Positions 50,873 through 61,186 of a stretch of DNA of 64,000 nucleotides are shown piece by piece. The stretch comes from an uncultured Poribacteria bacterium. GTDB taxonomy: Bacteria; Poribacteria; WGA-4E; WGA-3G. A program made the translations under genes and the position numbers. The stretch covers positions 2,464,001 to 2,528,000 of the forward strand of contig CATQHZ020000001.1 of assembly GCA_958296135.2 (NCBI GenBank), written 5' to 3'. The first letter of the stretch is position 1; each line of letters starts with the position of its first letter. The notes under the pieces are model-generated. The model made no database searches, was not told the DNA's origin, and was given only the letters and a program-made list of their open reading frames with translations.

Positions 50873-51169
50873 TTACCGCTGTTGCGTCGTGACACGTTTG
50901 GCATCAGATTCGATCATCTGCTTTACCATGTCGCCTTCAGGGAGTTTCCCTTGCAGGACGAAGAACATCAACAGCGCGTAGATAACGAGCGATTCAATGA
51001 GTGCCAAACCGATGATCATCGCGGTCTGGATTTGGGGAGCGGATTCAGGTTGACGAGCGATTCCCTCAAGCGCAGTGCTGGTAGCTCTGCCTTGAGCAGT
51101 CGATGCGAAAATCACGGCAATTGGCAGGCCAAGCGTCACGCCAAATGCCAAAACAGCTAGATAAATCAT
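50873..51169 (-). CDS. atpE: ATP synthase Fo c subunit
   Basis: ARQPE loop; IESLVIY. Confidence 0.95.
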   Translation of the reverse strand: MIYLAVLAFGVTLGLPIAVIFASTAQGRATSTALEGIARQPESAPQIQTAMIIGLALIESLVIYALLMFFVLQGKLPEGDMVKQMIESDAKRVTTQQR

Positions 51170-51218
51170 TATCAAAAAGCCTCCTTAAACTTTCGGGACG
51201 AAGCCCCCTTATCAACAA

Positions 51219-52046
51219 TCAATGATGCGCTTCAGCACCGTGTGCATCCGCGCCGTGCTCTACAAACAGCACAATGTAAATTGAGGTTAAAATGGTGAAG
51301 ACGAACGCCTGCAGAAAACCGCCGAACAATCCGAAGAAAAGCATCGGGACTTGAACGGGTAAAAAGGGAATCGAGGCAATCGTCACGATGAGCCCCAGTT
51401 TGGTGAGCTCAATAATAACCGATTCTTCCCCGAAAATATTCCCGAAGAGCCGAATAGCAAGCGAGCCCGCGCGTGAGAGCTGCGCAATCACTTCTAGCGG
51501 GAACATCAGAACACCCAGCCACGGCGGAGACCCGATGAGATGCTTCAGATAGCCGCCGAGCCCGTTTTCTTTAATGGCGATGATTTGAACGCCAAGCACG
51601 GCTGTAATGCCGAGGGCGAGCGTGGTATTCAGATCGGCTGTCGGAGACTGAAAACCGGGTATCAATCCTAGGTAATTCAGTGTGATAATGAAAATGAAAT
51701 AGGAACCTACGAACGGCACATACTTTTTCCCATGTTCACCGAGGATGCCCCCGAAGAAATCCATTATCCCACCGACAAACAGCTCCAACAGGGTTTGTCC
51801 TTTGCCTTCCGGAATCCGTTTCAGCCGCCGCGTCGCGAAGATGAAAAGCACAACGAGCAGCGCGACCGCGAAGTAGGTATTCGCAATCAGGTCTGGTTGA
51901 TGCCAGCGTCCTGGTTCCGGAATAATATGATTCGGCAGCACATCCGAAAGCGGCTTGAGCCAAGAACGGTGCGCGTCTTCCGCCGCCCATCCGAGACTTG
52001 CAACGCTAATTCCGAAAACTAAAAAGATACACAAGCGTTTTGTCAT
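51219..52046 (-). CDS. atpB: ATP synthase Fo a subunit
   Basis: SLAIRLFGNI, LQAFVF..L. Confidence 0.96.
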   Translation of the reverse strand: MTKRLCIFLVFGISVASLGWAAEDAHRSWLKPLSDVLPNHIIPEPGRWHQPDLIANTYFAVALLVVLFIFATRRLKRIPEGKGQTLLELFVGGIMDFFGGILGEHGKKYVPFVGSYFIFIITLNYLGLIPGFQSPTADLNTTLALGITAVLGVQIIAIKENGLGGYLKHLIGSPPWLGVLMFPLEVIAQLSRAGSLAIRLFGNIFGEESVIIELTKLGLIVTIASIPFLPVQVPMLFFGLFGGFLQAFVFTILTSIYIVLFVEHGADAHGAEAHH

Positions 52047-52136
52047 TTTTCGTTTTCCAAGACAGATGCAGAACTTATCCGGTAGGCGTGCTTACAAAGC
52101 GCGCCCCCGGGGAGAATTAGGGAATTTGCGTCCATC

Positions 52137-52532
52137 CTATTTCGTGTTTGAGAAGTGTGATACGATGAGCCCCATCGCTTTAAAGATGATTGCAATTTGC
52201 GTTAAGGCAATCCCGCCGGCGAGGGCATAGTCGTTACGCCACTCCATTTTAAAGAGCAGGTAGAGGCACCCGCCAAGCACCGCATACTTGCCGAACGCGA
52301 TTGCACCGAGCAGGTATTTCGTCTTCTTCGAGCTCCCTGGGCGGACAAGCCTGCGGACAACGAACTCTACAGACCAGAGCATGCTCAGGCTGATAGCACT
52401 GCCGATGAGAAAACTCGGCACCGCGCTCCGGTGGAGCCAGAAAAGTAGCCCGGCAATCAGCACCGTGAAGGTGATGCTCAAAATATAGATGTGGCGGATA
52501 AACCGGTCATCCACTTCAAAAGCAGAATTCAT
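52137..52532 (-). CDS. atpI: ATP synthase protein I-like membrane protein
   Basis: 4 TM segments; upstream of atpB. Confidence 0.7.
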   Translation of the reverse strand: MNSAFEVDDRFIRHIYILSITFTVLIAGLLFWLHRSAVPSFLIGSAISLSMLWSVEFVVRRLVRPGSSKKTKYLLGAIAFGKYAVLGGCLYLLFKMEWRNDYALAGGIALTQIAIIFKAMGLIVSHFSNTK

Positions 52533-52822
52533 TCAGGCGGGTCCTTCTGTTCCCGACGTTTTTCCGCACGCCGCTGTTTTTCTAGCCGTTCAAGTTGTCG
52601 GTTCCATCGCGCTACGGCGCGGAACATTTCCATGAACCCCGCTGTAACGCCCATGCCGAAACCGATGAACAAGCCAACCGTTTCGTTGCCTAATTTTCCG
52701 CCCAGCCACTTGCCGCCGAACGTACCGATGCCGATCGCCAACGCAAGCGTCAGCCCTATCGAGGCAAGGTCGAACATGCCGATATTCTCGTGTTTGAGTT
52801 GTTTCAGCCGACGCTTAAACAT
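52529..52822 (-). CDS. AtpZ/AtpI family protein
   Basis: Gly-rich 2-TM protein at the head of the atp operon. Confidence 0.75.
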   Translation of the reverse strand: MFKRRLKQLKHENIGMFDLASIGLTLALAIGIGTFGGKWLGGKLGNETVGLFIGFGMGVTAGFMEMFRAVARWNRQLERLEKQRRAEKRREQKDPPE

Positions 52823-53051
52823 GGCACACCCTCTCTCAAAGAAAACTCCTCGGTAGGCTCGCTTTCTAATCGCGCCTCGCGGACTGGCCTGTAAGGGCGG
52901 ATGTCCATATCCGCCAATCAAATAGAGAAAATGGAACCCTGAACAGCCCTATTCCGTTCCACATTAGACGACGCTATATATTATACCACAAGAATTAAGA
53001 AAATGCAAAAAAATCTTGCAAGATTTTTCCGAAACGCGCATTTATCAGCAC

Positions 53052-56000
53052 TTATATCGGAAATTGCCCAATTTCCGCCATCAACCGGAGCGTCTCTGCG
53101 ACTGCAACTAAAAGCTGCTGATACTGCCGAATCTCCGAGAGACTGAGCGGTGTATGCTTCCGCTCCTTCAACCACCTGTCACAGACCTGATACGCGCCAA
53201 TCTCAAATTCCCAAACATCCGCCGGTACATCCGCAAAGTGCTGTATCTGATTAATCCAAACCTTTCCATCGCGGTAACCATACTTTGCAACAACGCTGTC
53301 CCCCTCCCCTTCAAACCGATGCCGCGCTGTTTGAGTCGGCACATTGCGCAACAGATGCATGTCAATCAACGCACAGCCGAGTGCCGACAACTTCCGGAAC
53401 ACGTCGACAGTTGTCGGCATCGGAATGCGCGGGAAGTCGTATTTCAGAAAATCGTAATAGCGTTTGCGATAGACAGGACTGTGCAAAACGGCGTAGAGGT
53501 AACCGAGGATAGCCTCCGGTGAAACCCCTGTCGGTGTGCCAAAAGGCGCAGCCTGTGGAAGCCCCAGTTTCACCGAAAACGCCTCAAGAAATGCCGGTTT
53601 GAAGTTGAGAGAACGTTCCGAAGCGAGCTCCAACTCCTCTCGCACTGGATAGAGATAAAGTGGGAACACGTGAGCACCTTCGTTACCGCGAGTTGAGAGA
53701 CAACTATTCACGGTAACCTGAGCTGTCACGAGAACATGCTTCCATGCCGGACTCGGCACACCAAAACAGACGCAAAGCGCAAGGTTCTCCAACAACAGAT
53801 GTCTCATCGTCTTATAGGATGGCGTATTGTGAAATCCCTTTGACTTGCCTGTGTAATAAGTAAACCGCGTATCAAACGGACGGTAGCGGATAGGCACAAT
53901 GTGATTTTCGGTATCTGGGTGATTACGAAGATCGGCTTGGGCAGCGGCAATTTGCCACGAAGTGGTATCCCGGCGCAATTGATACCTACCCCGTGCTTCT
54001 TCCTCAGAGAGTGACACAAAATCGGTAACGACATCGCGCACCGCTTCCGGCGTGTGATGAATCGTGAATTTATCCCGCGCCGTGATAACACCGGCTGAAT
54101 GCACTTGAAAAATATCGGTAACCTTCAAGCCCTCCTCGTACTCTGCGCGCCGCGCCGTATCTTGTGGAACAAACAGATACAGCGATGAGGTGGGGTGGAG
54201 TTCTGTCCACTGAGTGTTTTGGACATCACTATCCGACAGCGTTTGGTATTTTTCTGCGCGGCTACCCCATAAATCAGCATAAAAGACCTTCGCCAAATCG
54301 GCGTTATCACGCTCCTTGACACACAGCAGAATCGATACCCCCTGTTGGATGTTAAAGACATTCTCGTCCTTTTTTTCTGTCGGGATAGCCTCTTTTATGA
54401 TGCTACTTCCGTGAAGATTGAAAAGATAGAGAGCATTGAAACTGTTCAACAAACTCTGCCGCATGCCGCTAAAGTCAGTGCCATCAAGGAAGCCGTTGTT
54501 GACGATATAGCCGATAACGCCTTCCCCGGTTTGCTCAACGCGCCACTGTGCCCAGCGGATAAACTTCACGTAATCCGCCTGAAGCGCGCCCCGAGTCTTC
54601 AACCGCTCGCCATCTACTTTTTTGTAATCCTCAATAAGCCTTCCGATAAAGGTTAACTTACCCTTAACACGGCTTGGGTTGGTAGAAGCCTCAGTATAAG
54701 GAGGATTACCAATAATCGCGAGAACAGGCGCGTCCTTTTTCACCGAAACTGCCGCGTTCGCCTCATCCGAAATGAAGCCCGCAAACGCAAACCGCTCCTT
54801 CTCTATCGGTGCCGCTAGCGTGTTCGTCAGGTAGATGCTGAGACGTTCGTCTCCCGTTGGAGCCCAACCGTTCGCCTGCAGAAAGAGACTCAACGTGAGA
54901 TGCGCAATCGTGTACGGTGCCACCAAGATTTCAAAACCGCAGACCTGTTGGACGAGGTGCTCTCGGATATAGTGCCCCCAGACACCGCTGCCATATTTAT
55001 CGGTAACGTGTTGCCGGATGTGGTTCAGCACGGCCAACAGGAAGCCCCCCGTGCCTGTCGCCGGATCGAGGATGAGCGCGTCTGTATCGGCAAGCCCATC
55101 GGGTTTCTGCAGTTTCGTCTTAAGTAGCGCATCCACGGATCGGACGATGTAAGAGATGACCGGCGGTGGTGTGTAGTAGACACCGCGGGCGGTGCGTCGG
55201 TGCGCATCATACGCCGCGAGGAAGGTTTCATAGAAATGAATAACCGGGTCTGCGTCTAGTAAAAGGCTCCGTTCCGATGAAGGTGGGTTAGCCCCTTCAT
55301 AGCTAGCGTGCGTCTGCACGTCAAACGCCGTGCGAAGCATCTCTGTCGAAACGTTACCGAGGAGGCGCGCGATGTCGTCCAATATCCACGTGATATTGTT
55401 ATGGAGGCGCGGCTGCGCGACTTGATGAAAAAGGCTTTGCAGAAACGGGTTCGATTTGGGGAGTGCCGCTGCGGCCGTTATGCGTGAGAAGTGCGTCGCC
55501 GTTGGCAGCGTGCATCGTGCGGCGAAGAGGCCATAAGCGAGTGTCTGTGCAGACATATCGGCGAAATCGGCCGGTGTTAGCGTGGCGAGGAGCAATTTCT
55601 GAAAGGCGGAAAAGATTTGATAGATGTCGCTAGCTTCGTCCTTCAAAGCGGCGGCGATTTGGGTTTGGAGTTCGCGCGTGCGGCGCGCGAGGTAGTTTGC
55701 AAGTGCCGCTGGCGTTGCGAGTGGCACCGGGGTTGCGCTGAAGAAGCGATTCAACAGCGTCTCACATTCAGCCTCGGGGCCTGAGAGGCTTGCTTTTGCG
55801 CGCAGCGTGCCATCGGTATACAGCCGAAATTCGACGAAGTTGGTAAGGATAAAGTTGTCGAGGTTCTCAATGAAGCGTTGATTCTGCGCTTTGGCGTGGC
55901 CGGTGAGTGCATCCAGGGCTGTGCCATAAGCCTCCGCTTCAATGTAACCGATAGGGAATTCGCCTCTGCGCGCGATGAAATCCGGTCTGCCGATTTCACC

Positions 56001-56159
56001 GAGTTTCCGCGGTTCTTGGGTAATCGTCATGTCAGGCGAGAGATTTTCCAAGAACGTCTTCAGGTGCGGCAGCAGCGAGAGCTCTGGTGTGGCATACACG
56101 CTTTCACGCGTGCTGTTGATAGTTTGCAAATAGGTGTGGCAGAGACGTTGAAAATCCAT
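53052..56159 (-). CDS. Single-chain N6-adenine methyltransferase/restriction enzyme (type IIG/ISP-like, no helicase)
   Basis: GVYYTP, LDPATGTGGF, GNPPY, YRPFD, DFPRIP, FEIGAYQV..WLKER. Confidence 0.9.
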   Translation of the reverse strand: MDFQRLCHTYLQTINSTRESVYATPELSLLPHLKTFLENLSPDMTITQEPRKLGEIGRPDFIARRGEFPIGYIEAEAYGTALDALTGHAKAQNQRFIENLDNFILTNFVEFRLYTDGTLRAKASLSGPEAECETLLNRFFSATPVPLATPAALANYLARRTRELQTQIAAALKDEASDIYQIFSAFQKLLLATLTPADFADMSAQTLAYGLFAARCTLPTATHFSRITAAAALPKSNPFLQSLFHQVAQPRLHNNITWILDDIARLLGNVSTEMLRTAFDVQTHASYEGANPPSSERSLLLDADPVIHFYETFLAAYDAHRRTARGVYYTPPPVISYIVRSVDALLKTKLQKPDGLADTDALILDPATGTGGFLLAVLNHIRQHVTDKYGSGVWGHYIREHLVQQVCGFEILVAPYTIAHLTLSLFLQANGWAPTGDERLSIYLTNTLAAPIEKERFAFAGFISDEANAAVSVKKDAPVLAIIGNPPYTEASTNPSRVKGKLTFIGRLIEDYKKVDGERLKTRGALQADYVKFIRWAQWRVEQTGEGVIGYIVNNGFLDGTDFSGMRQSLLNSFNALYLFNLHGSSIIKEAIPTEKKDENVFNIQQGVSILLCVKERDNADLAKVFYADLWGSRAEKYQTLSDSDVQNTQWTELHPTSSLYLFVPQDTARRAEYEEGLKVTDIFQVHSAGVITARDKFTIHHTPEAVRDVVTDFVSLSEEEARGRYQLRRDTTSWQIAAAQADLRNHPDTENHIVPIRYRPFDTRFTYYTGKSKGFHNTPSYKTMRHLLLENLALCVCFGVPSPAWKHVLVTAQVTVNSCLSTRGNEGAHVFPLYLYPVREELELASERSLNFKPAFLEAFSVKLGLPQAAPFGTPTGVSPEAILGYLYAVLHSPVYRKRYYDFLKYDFPRIPMPTTVDVFRKLSALGCALIDMHLLRNVPTQTARHRFEGEGDSVVAKYGYRDGKVWINQIQHFADVPADVWEFEIGAYQVCDRWLKERKHTPLSLSEIRQYQQLLVAVAETLRLMAEIGQFPI

Positions 56160-56317
56160 ATTATCATGCATTATAGCCGCAAACGTTTTTAATTGTCAAC
56201 GTTGTTTTCTTTATTATGCGATGCCATTTTATGTTATCATAGTTACCAAGGCTTCTCAACGTAGGGCGGGGGCCTGTCCCGCGCCATGCCAAGCAAAACC
56301 TTCCATCTGGGAGCAAG

Positions 56318-56431
56318 ATGCGTCCAGCACTTGTTGTGCAGGCAGACGCATGGAACCGCGCACTTTTCCATACTATTCTTGCTCCCATCACGAGTAGCCC
56401 CCGACAGATGGTTGGAGTTCCGACAATGTTA
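56318..56431 (+). pseudogene. PemK/MazF toxin fragment
   Basis: RPALVVQADAWN...ILAPITS. Confidence 0.55.
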
Positions 56432-56761
56432 TCAAAATCCGGGTTCGCCGTGCCGATGAGCCGGAGTTGCGAGGTGAAGCGCGACGTAGACAGCTGTGTC
56501 CGTATAAACGAACCAGACGGCAGACTGACTCTTCGCCAGTTTTTCGGTGCGCTCATCGGTGAAACCGACACCTTGCGGCGCATCTTGCCAGCAGGTATTG
56601 TTGAGGGCCCCATCTATCGTCGGTGGATGTTCGGTTTTGCGCGCCGGGAGTGCTTTCCGAACCGTTTGTTGGCTACCAAGACCGGAGGCCCCGCCTACAG
56701 CTGCAATCGCGTGAATAGGGAACAGAGACAGCGCGATGAGCAGCGTGAATGCGAATCTCAT
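56432..56761 (-). pseudogene. Truncated secreted CBM9/DOMON-like protein
   Basis: Signal peptide, PPTIDG.L...W..A, VYTDTAVYVA, then an abrupt end. Confidence 0.55.
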
Positions 56762-57567
56762 TCTTCTCCCTCCTCGCCCAGATATTGCAGCGGATTCTCC
56801 ACAATGTAGTCCCCAGAATCTACCAGAAATTGCTGCACGAGATACACGTGGCCCGCGCCGATAATCAGCAAAATCCGGTCATCGGCAGACTCCGTGATGC
56901 GCGTCAGATTGACGAAGATTTTGAGATTTCTATCATACCAAGAATGCGACACCCAATTCGCCCGCGGATATTGCGTGCCTACCCCAATACGCGCCTCCCT
57001 CAAGTATTGATGATGGTCCGCGAGCAGGGCCTCCGATTGGTTCAGCCGCCGATACATCTCAAGCAGCGATTCGTATTTGTCGGGTTCAATCCACGTCGTC
57101 CCATCGGCATCCTGAACCATTTTGCCTTCGGTAGCCGGTGGACTATAGAGGAGATGCACCTGATTGTTGGCTTTGGCGATTGCCTCAAGGTCTCGCCCGA
57201 AAGCCTCCCTAAGTTCCCCAAGGAGTGCCCAAAAAGGATCATCGCTGGGGAAATAATCAACGCAGTAAACCTTCGGATGCCCGAACAGTTTTGCGAGGCG
57301 GAAGCCGATCTGCTCGTCTTCACCCCGCTTGAGTTCGTATGTCCCATTCAGATATCCCTGATAGTTCGCTTGCACCTCTGCGTCAAACCGCGCTTCATCT
57401 ACTTCCAAAGCGATCTTCGTCGGATTGAACGTCTTGAGGCGTTGCACGAGATGCTCAATTTCAGCTTGGCGTTTCGGCGCAAGGACATCATCCATTTTCA
57501 GGTTGAATACGTCCGCTCCCGGGTTTGCCAGATGCGCACTGCCAAGAATCATGACTGTCGGTTTCAT
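56758..57567 (-). CDS. DUF5694 family protein
   Basis: VMILGSAHL, QIGFRLAK, WYDRNLKIF, IIGAGH. Confidence 0.75.
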   Translation of the reverse strand: MKPTVMILGSAHLANPGADVFNLKMDDVLAPKRQAEIEHLVQRLKTFNPTKIALEVDEARFDAEVQANYQGYLNGTYELKRGEDEQIGFRLAKLFGHPKVYCVDYFPSDDPFWALLGELREAFGRDLEAIAKANNQVHLLYSPPATEGKMVQDADGTTWIEPDKYESLLEMYRRLNQSEALLADHHQYLREARIGVGTQYPRANWVSHSWYDRNLKIFVNLTRITESADDRILLIIGAGHVYLVQQFLVDSGDYIVENPLQYLGEEGEE

Positions 57568-57706
57568 CGATAAAATATCTCCTTCAGACATTAAGGTTCA
57601 GGTTTTTGTCAACTTATTTTTCATTGCTCAGTCCCACAACCGTCAGAAAACCGTCAGCGAAAGTAGACCGTGGGACAGTCTCGGCATCGTGTCGCTCATT
57701 TGCTGC

Positions 57707-57930
57707 TTATGCCTTCTGCGCCACCATGCTCGCGAGGATACCGAGGATTTTGGCGCACTGCCGGATAGGGTAGCCCTCCAGATCGATGTGCAGATGCCTT
57801 TCCGCCAATTTGAGGAATTGCCACTCCCTGCCTGTAGTCGTAACACCATAAATGCAAGGGATGTCATTCCCTCTTTGAGCGTTAAAGCGTTGTGCGGCGA
57901 TCATTTCGGCGGCACACTGCCCGCGCCCGA
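57707..57930 (-). pseudogene. C-terminal remnant of a third MAYSxFTL-family paralogue
   Basis: GQCAAEMIAAQRFN...IYGVTTTGREWQFLKL...ILGILASMVAQKA. Confidence 0.75.
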
Positions 57931-58250
57931 TTTTAATTATGCCACGTTTATGCCGCAATTGCAAGTCGCTTGTATCGGGACCGGGAGTTCCCTCCTACCG
58001 CCCACCGGGGACATCGCGACTAGGCAAATGGCCCGATGCAATTCTGAAACTTCATTCGATTTGAATCTACAGAGATGAGACGATTCAAATGCGGTTGATA
58101 TTAGTAACGAATAGCATTGCTGCAGTCGGTGGAAACCCCTTGTCCTCGCGTTCCTGCAAGCAATGATAAGTGTCTATCAAATTGCCAAAACGGTATCTTT
58201 TGTTGCCAAAAGGCTCCTCGGATCCCACTGCGAAAAACAAGCCCCTTGGA

Positions 58251-59549
58251 TTAATCCGAGCGTAAGGCTTCAATTGGGGCGAGCGACGCGGCTTTTATTG
58301 CGGGATACAGCCCAAACGAGAGCCCGATAACCGCCGAAAAGGAGACCGGAATCAAAATCCATGCCGTCGAGAGAACTGCCGGCCATTCCGGGACAATTTT
58401 GACGATTTTGACAGCAAGGAGTGCCATGCCTTCGCCCGCAAGGATGCCTAACAGCACACCGAGCGCGCCCCCAACACTACACAGCACAACAGCTTCCATG
58501 AGAAACTGTAGCAGAATGTCCCGACGCTTTGCACCGAGGGCCCTTCGGAGCCCGATTTCGCGCGTCCGTTCATTCACAGCGACTAACATCATGTTCATAA
58601 TGCCTATGCCGCCAACAAGCAATGAAAAGCCGGCGATGCTACCGAGTGCAATCTTTATCACCTGACTGATTTTTCCCAACTGCGCGATGCCCGCACGCAT
58701 ATTAATGATTTGGACGAAGTCATCTTGGTTTCTGTGCCGCCTCCGGAGGACGGCTTTTACCTCCTCAATCGCCTTCGGAACATCGTCGACAGTATGCGCG
58801 TAGACGATGATTTCCTGAAGCCGACGACTGCCAGTGAAACGTTCTTGCACCGTGGAGAGAGGAATAAAAACAAGGTTATCCAGACTCCATCCGAACCGTA
58901 GGCTTCTCCCTCTCGGCATCATTGTGCCAACAACAGTGAAACGTCGCATAGAGCGCTTCAGCCATTTTCGGTTTTTAATCGTGTAGTCACTGTGTCGTGC
59001 AATTTTAATTTCTTGTCCCAGAGGGGATTTGTCTCCAAAGAGCGTCGTCGCCACCTCATCCCCAAGTACGCAAACTTTCGTTGCGTGCTCCTCATCTTCA
59101 TCGGAGATGAAACGGCCCTCTTTAACGTCCCAATCCATTGCGGTTTGATACGTAGCATCTACGCCATTCCAACCAGCACGGGCTTCCGCACCGCCCGCGG
59201 CTTGGATTAACACGCCTATCCAATTCCCAATCCTCGGGGTGACAGCACTCACAGAGGGACACGCTTCCCATATAGCCAACACATCTCCGTATTCCAAGTA
59301 CTCGTTGCTGCGGTTTCTGACCCACTTGTTCCCTTTCCACTTAGACGCCGAGCGGAACAGGCGAAATTGGTTGGCACCGCCCAATTTCTGCACGTCTTGT
59401 CTCACGATTTCCTTCGCACCATCACCAATCGCTATCATGGCTAACACCGCGGCGACACCGATGACAATGCCAAGCATAGTGAGTAACGAGCGCAACTTGT
59501 TTGCACGGATAGCGGAGAGCCCAATGGAGAACCCATCAATGAAACGCAT
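58251..59549 (-). CDS. ABC transporter permease (MacB/FtsX family)
   Basis: RSLLTMLGIVIGV, GGIGIMNMML..V.ERTREIGLRRALGA. Confidence 0.93.
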   Translation of the reverse strand: MRFIDGFSIGLSAIRANKLRSLLTMLGIVIGVAAVLAMIAIGDGAKEIVRQDVQKLGGANQFRLFRSASKWKGNKWVRNRSNEYLEYGDVLAIWEACPSVSAVTPRIGNWIGVLIQAAGGAEARAGWNGVDATYQTAMDWDVKEGRFISDEDEEHATKVCVLGDEVATTLFGDKSPLGQEIKIARHSDYTIKNRKWLKRSMRRFTVVGTMMPRGRSLRFGWSLDNLVFIPLSTVQERFTGSRRLQEIIVYAHTVDDVPKAIEEVKAVLRRRHRNQDDFVQIINMRAGIAQLGKISQVIKIALGSIAGFSLLVGGIGIMNMMLVAVNERTREIGLRRALGAKRRDILLQFLMEAVVLCSVGGALGVLLGILAGEGMALLAVKIVKIVPEWPAVLSTAWILIPVSFSAVIGLSFGLYPAIKAASLAPIEALRSD

Positions 59550-59695
59550 TATGATGCCTCCAAAGTTTCCTTTAAGATTCAATATTTAATAGCAATTTCC
59601 GTGCCACATCGAAAACCTGCACGGTTACGGGATAGTTCCCACGCCGGTTCCGTAAAATTTTTATCAATGTGGAAAGAAACTTTCCACTTCCCCAA

Positions 59696-59741
59696 CAAAA
59701 AAAGCCCCTACCATCGTAGCAGCGTTACGATGGTAGGGGCT
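59696..59741 (-). terminator. Rho-independent terminator
   Basis: agcccctaccatcgta...tacgatggtaggggct followed by a T run. Confidence 0.85.
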
Positions 59742-59750
59742 CCGTGGCTT

Positions 59751-60362
59751 TCAATCTTCCTCATCCGGAGCCTCCTCTTCAGACGAAGCCTCTTTCTTTT
59801 TCTCTTCCTCCAGAGCCATGTCAATCTCTACAACAGGCCCTAAATTCGCAAGCAGCTCCCCGATGCGTTCTGCATCGATGTTGCCCACGATGTTGACGAA
59901 AGTTACCTGTGCAGGTTCAGGTGCCATAACGGCGACAAAGATACCCGAGACAACCTCTTCGTCATAGAGTAGACGGATCTGGATTTTCTCTTTTTCGTTG
60001 TTGAACTTGGCGAGAAGCTCCCACTTCTCCACCTCAAGTCTCTTCTCGTAGTAGGCAATCAAGGCACCCGCATCCACGTCAGCACTCTCGTAGGTGCGCA
60101 CATAGATGCCGGAGAGCATCTCAATTAACTCCGCGGCTTGGGGCTTCGCGCTCACGGACTTCGTGACAAGCGCGATTAATTTTTCAGTCAGGTTGATCTC
60201 AACCATCGGCTCGGGGGCATCGGGACAGTCAAAGAGAATCTGCCCCTGCTGCTTTTCTGCACCCTGTTTTTCGTCATCGGCGATTGCCCCACTTATCGCG
60301 ACGAACGACGCGGTGACGACAACCACCGCGAACATCAAGGACCACGGCTTCATCGGTTTCAT
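59751..60362 (-). CDS. DUF4252-like secreted protein
   Basis: Signal peptide; FVNIVGNID; paralogue upstream; ECF operon context. Confidence 0.7.
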   Translation of the reverse strand: MKPMKPWSLMFAVVVVTASFVAISGAIADDEKQGAEKQQGQILFDCPDAPEPMVEINLTEKLIALVTKSVSAKPQAAELIEMLSGIYVRTYESADVDAGALIAYYEKRLEVEKWELLAKFNNEKEKIQIRLLYDEEVVSGIFVAVMAPEPAQVTFVNIVGNIDAERIGELLANLGPVVEIDMALEEEKKKEASSEEEAPDEED

Positions 60363-60589
60363 AGATTATTCCTCCACATAATAGACAGAGCCACTTAGTT
60401 TTCGGTTTTGACTACCGAGATGAAAAATGGGCAGCCACCCCGGCCCGCATAGGGAAACCGGTTCTCCCGAGTTTGTCCTGTTTGAGCTCAGGCGAGCACA
60501 AACGACAGAAGGGGAGAACTGAATCGCTCTGACATGATGGAAACCCTGTGGGGCGCGCTTGCAAAGCGTGCCTACAAGGGTTTATTCTC

Positions 60590-61186
60590 TCAATCCTGTG
60601 TGGAATCTGGCTTATCGTCCGCATCCTGTTCGGTTTCAGCATCTGAATCAGGAGAATCGTAGACGATTTCCCGCGTGTCATACAGGACTTTTTCCAAGAA
60701 ATCGGACTCCATCAGTTTCCCGAATAGGGTGCCCAGTTTCTGGAAATCGATGGTCCCGTAGATATTCGCGAAACCTACGTCGTCCTCATCGGTGAAAGCA
60801 ATGAAGATACCGTTCACTACCCCGGGTTCATCCGCGAAGAGCATGCTGACGTGAAGCATATCCCGGATTTTGACGAGGCTTTGCCATTTCTCCGCCTTGA
60901 GGCGGTTTTGGTGGTGGCTTCTCACCGCGTCCAGGTTCTCCGCTTTATCGTAAACGCGGATGAAGACTCCCTCTATCATCTCGGCGTATGCCGCGTAGTC
61001 GGGCAGATTTACCGCGAAATTGACAAAGAGCGCGAAGAATGTCTTATCCAAGTTGATTTCATCTCGGGCGGCGGGGGCATGCAGCAGGTCCAACTCGATT
61101 TTGCCGCGCGTCGCCGCTGTCTCTGCACCACCGCTCGCGACGATGCAGAAAACGAATAACAGTGCCGTAAGGCTCAAGCGTTTCAT
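60590..61186 (-). CDS. DUF4252-like secreted protein
   Basis: Signal peptide; FANIYGTID. Confidence 0.7.
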   Translation of the reverse strand: MKRLSLTALLFVFCIVASGGAETAATRGKIELDLLHAPAARDEINLDKTFFALFVNFAVNLPDYAAYAEMIEGVFIRVYDKAENLDAVRSHHQNRLKAEKWQSLVKIRDMLHVSMLFADEPGVVNGIFIAFTDEDDVGFANIYGTIDFQKLGTLFGKLMESDFLEKVLYDTREIVYDSPDSDAETEQDADDKPDSTQD

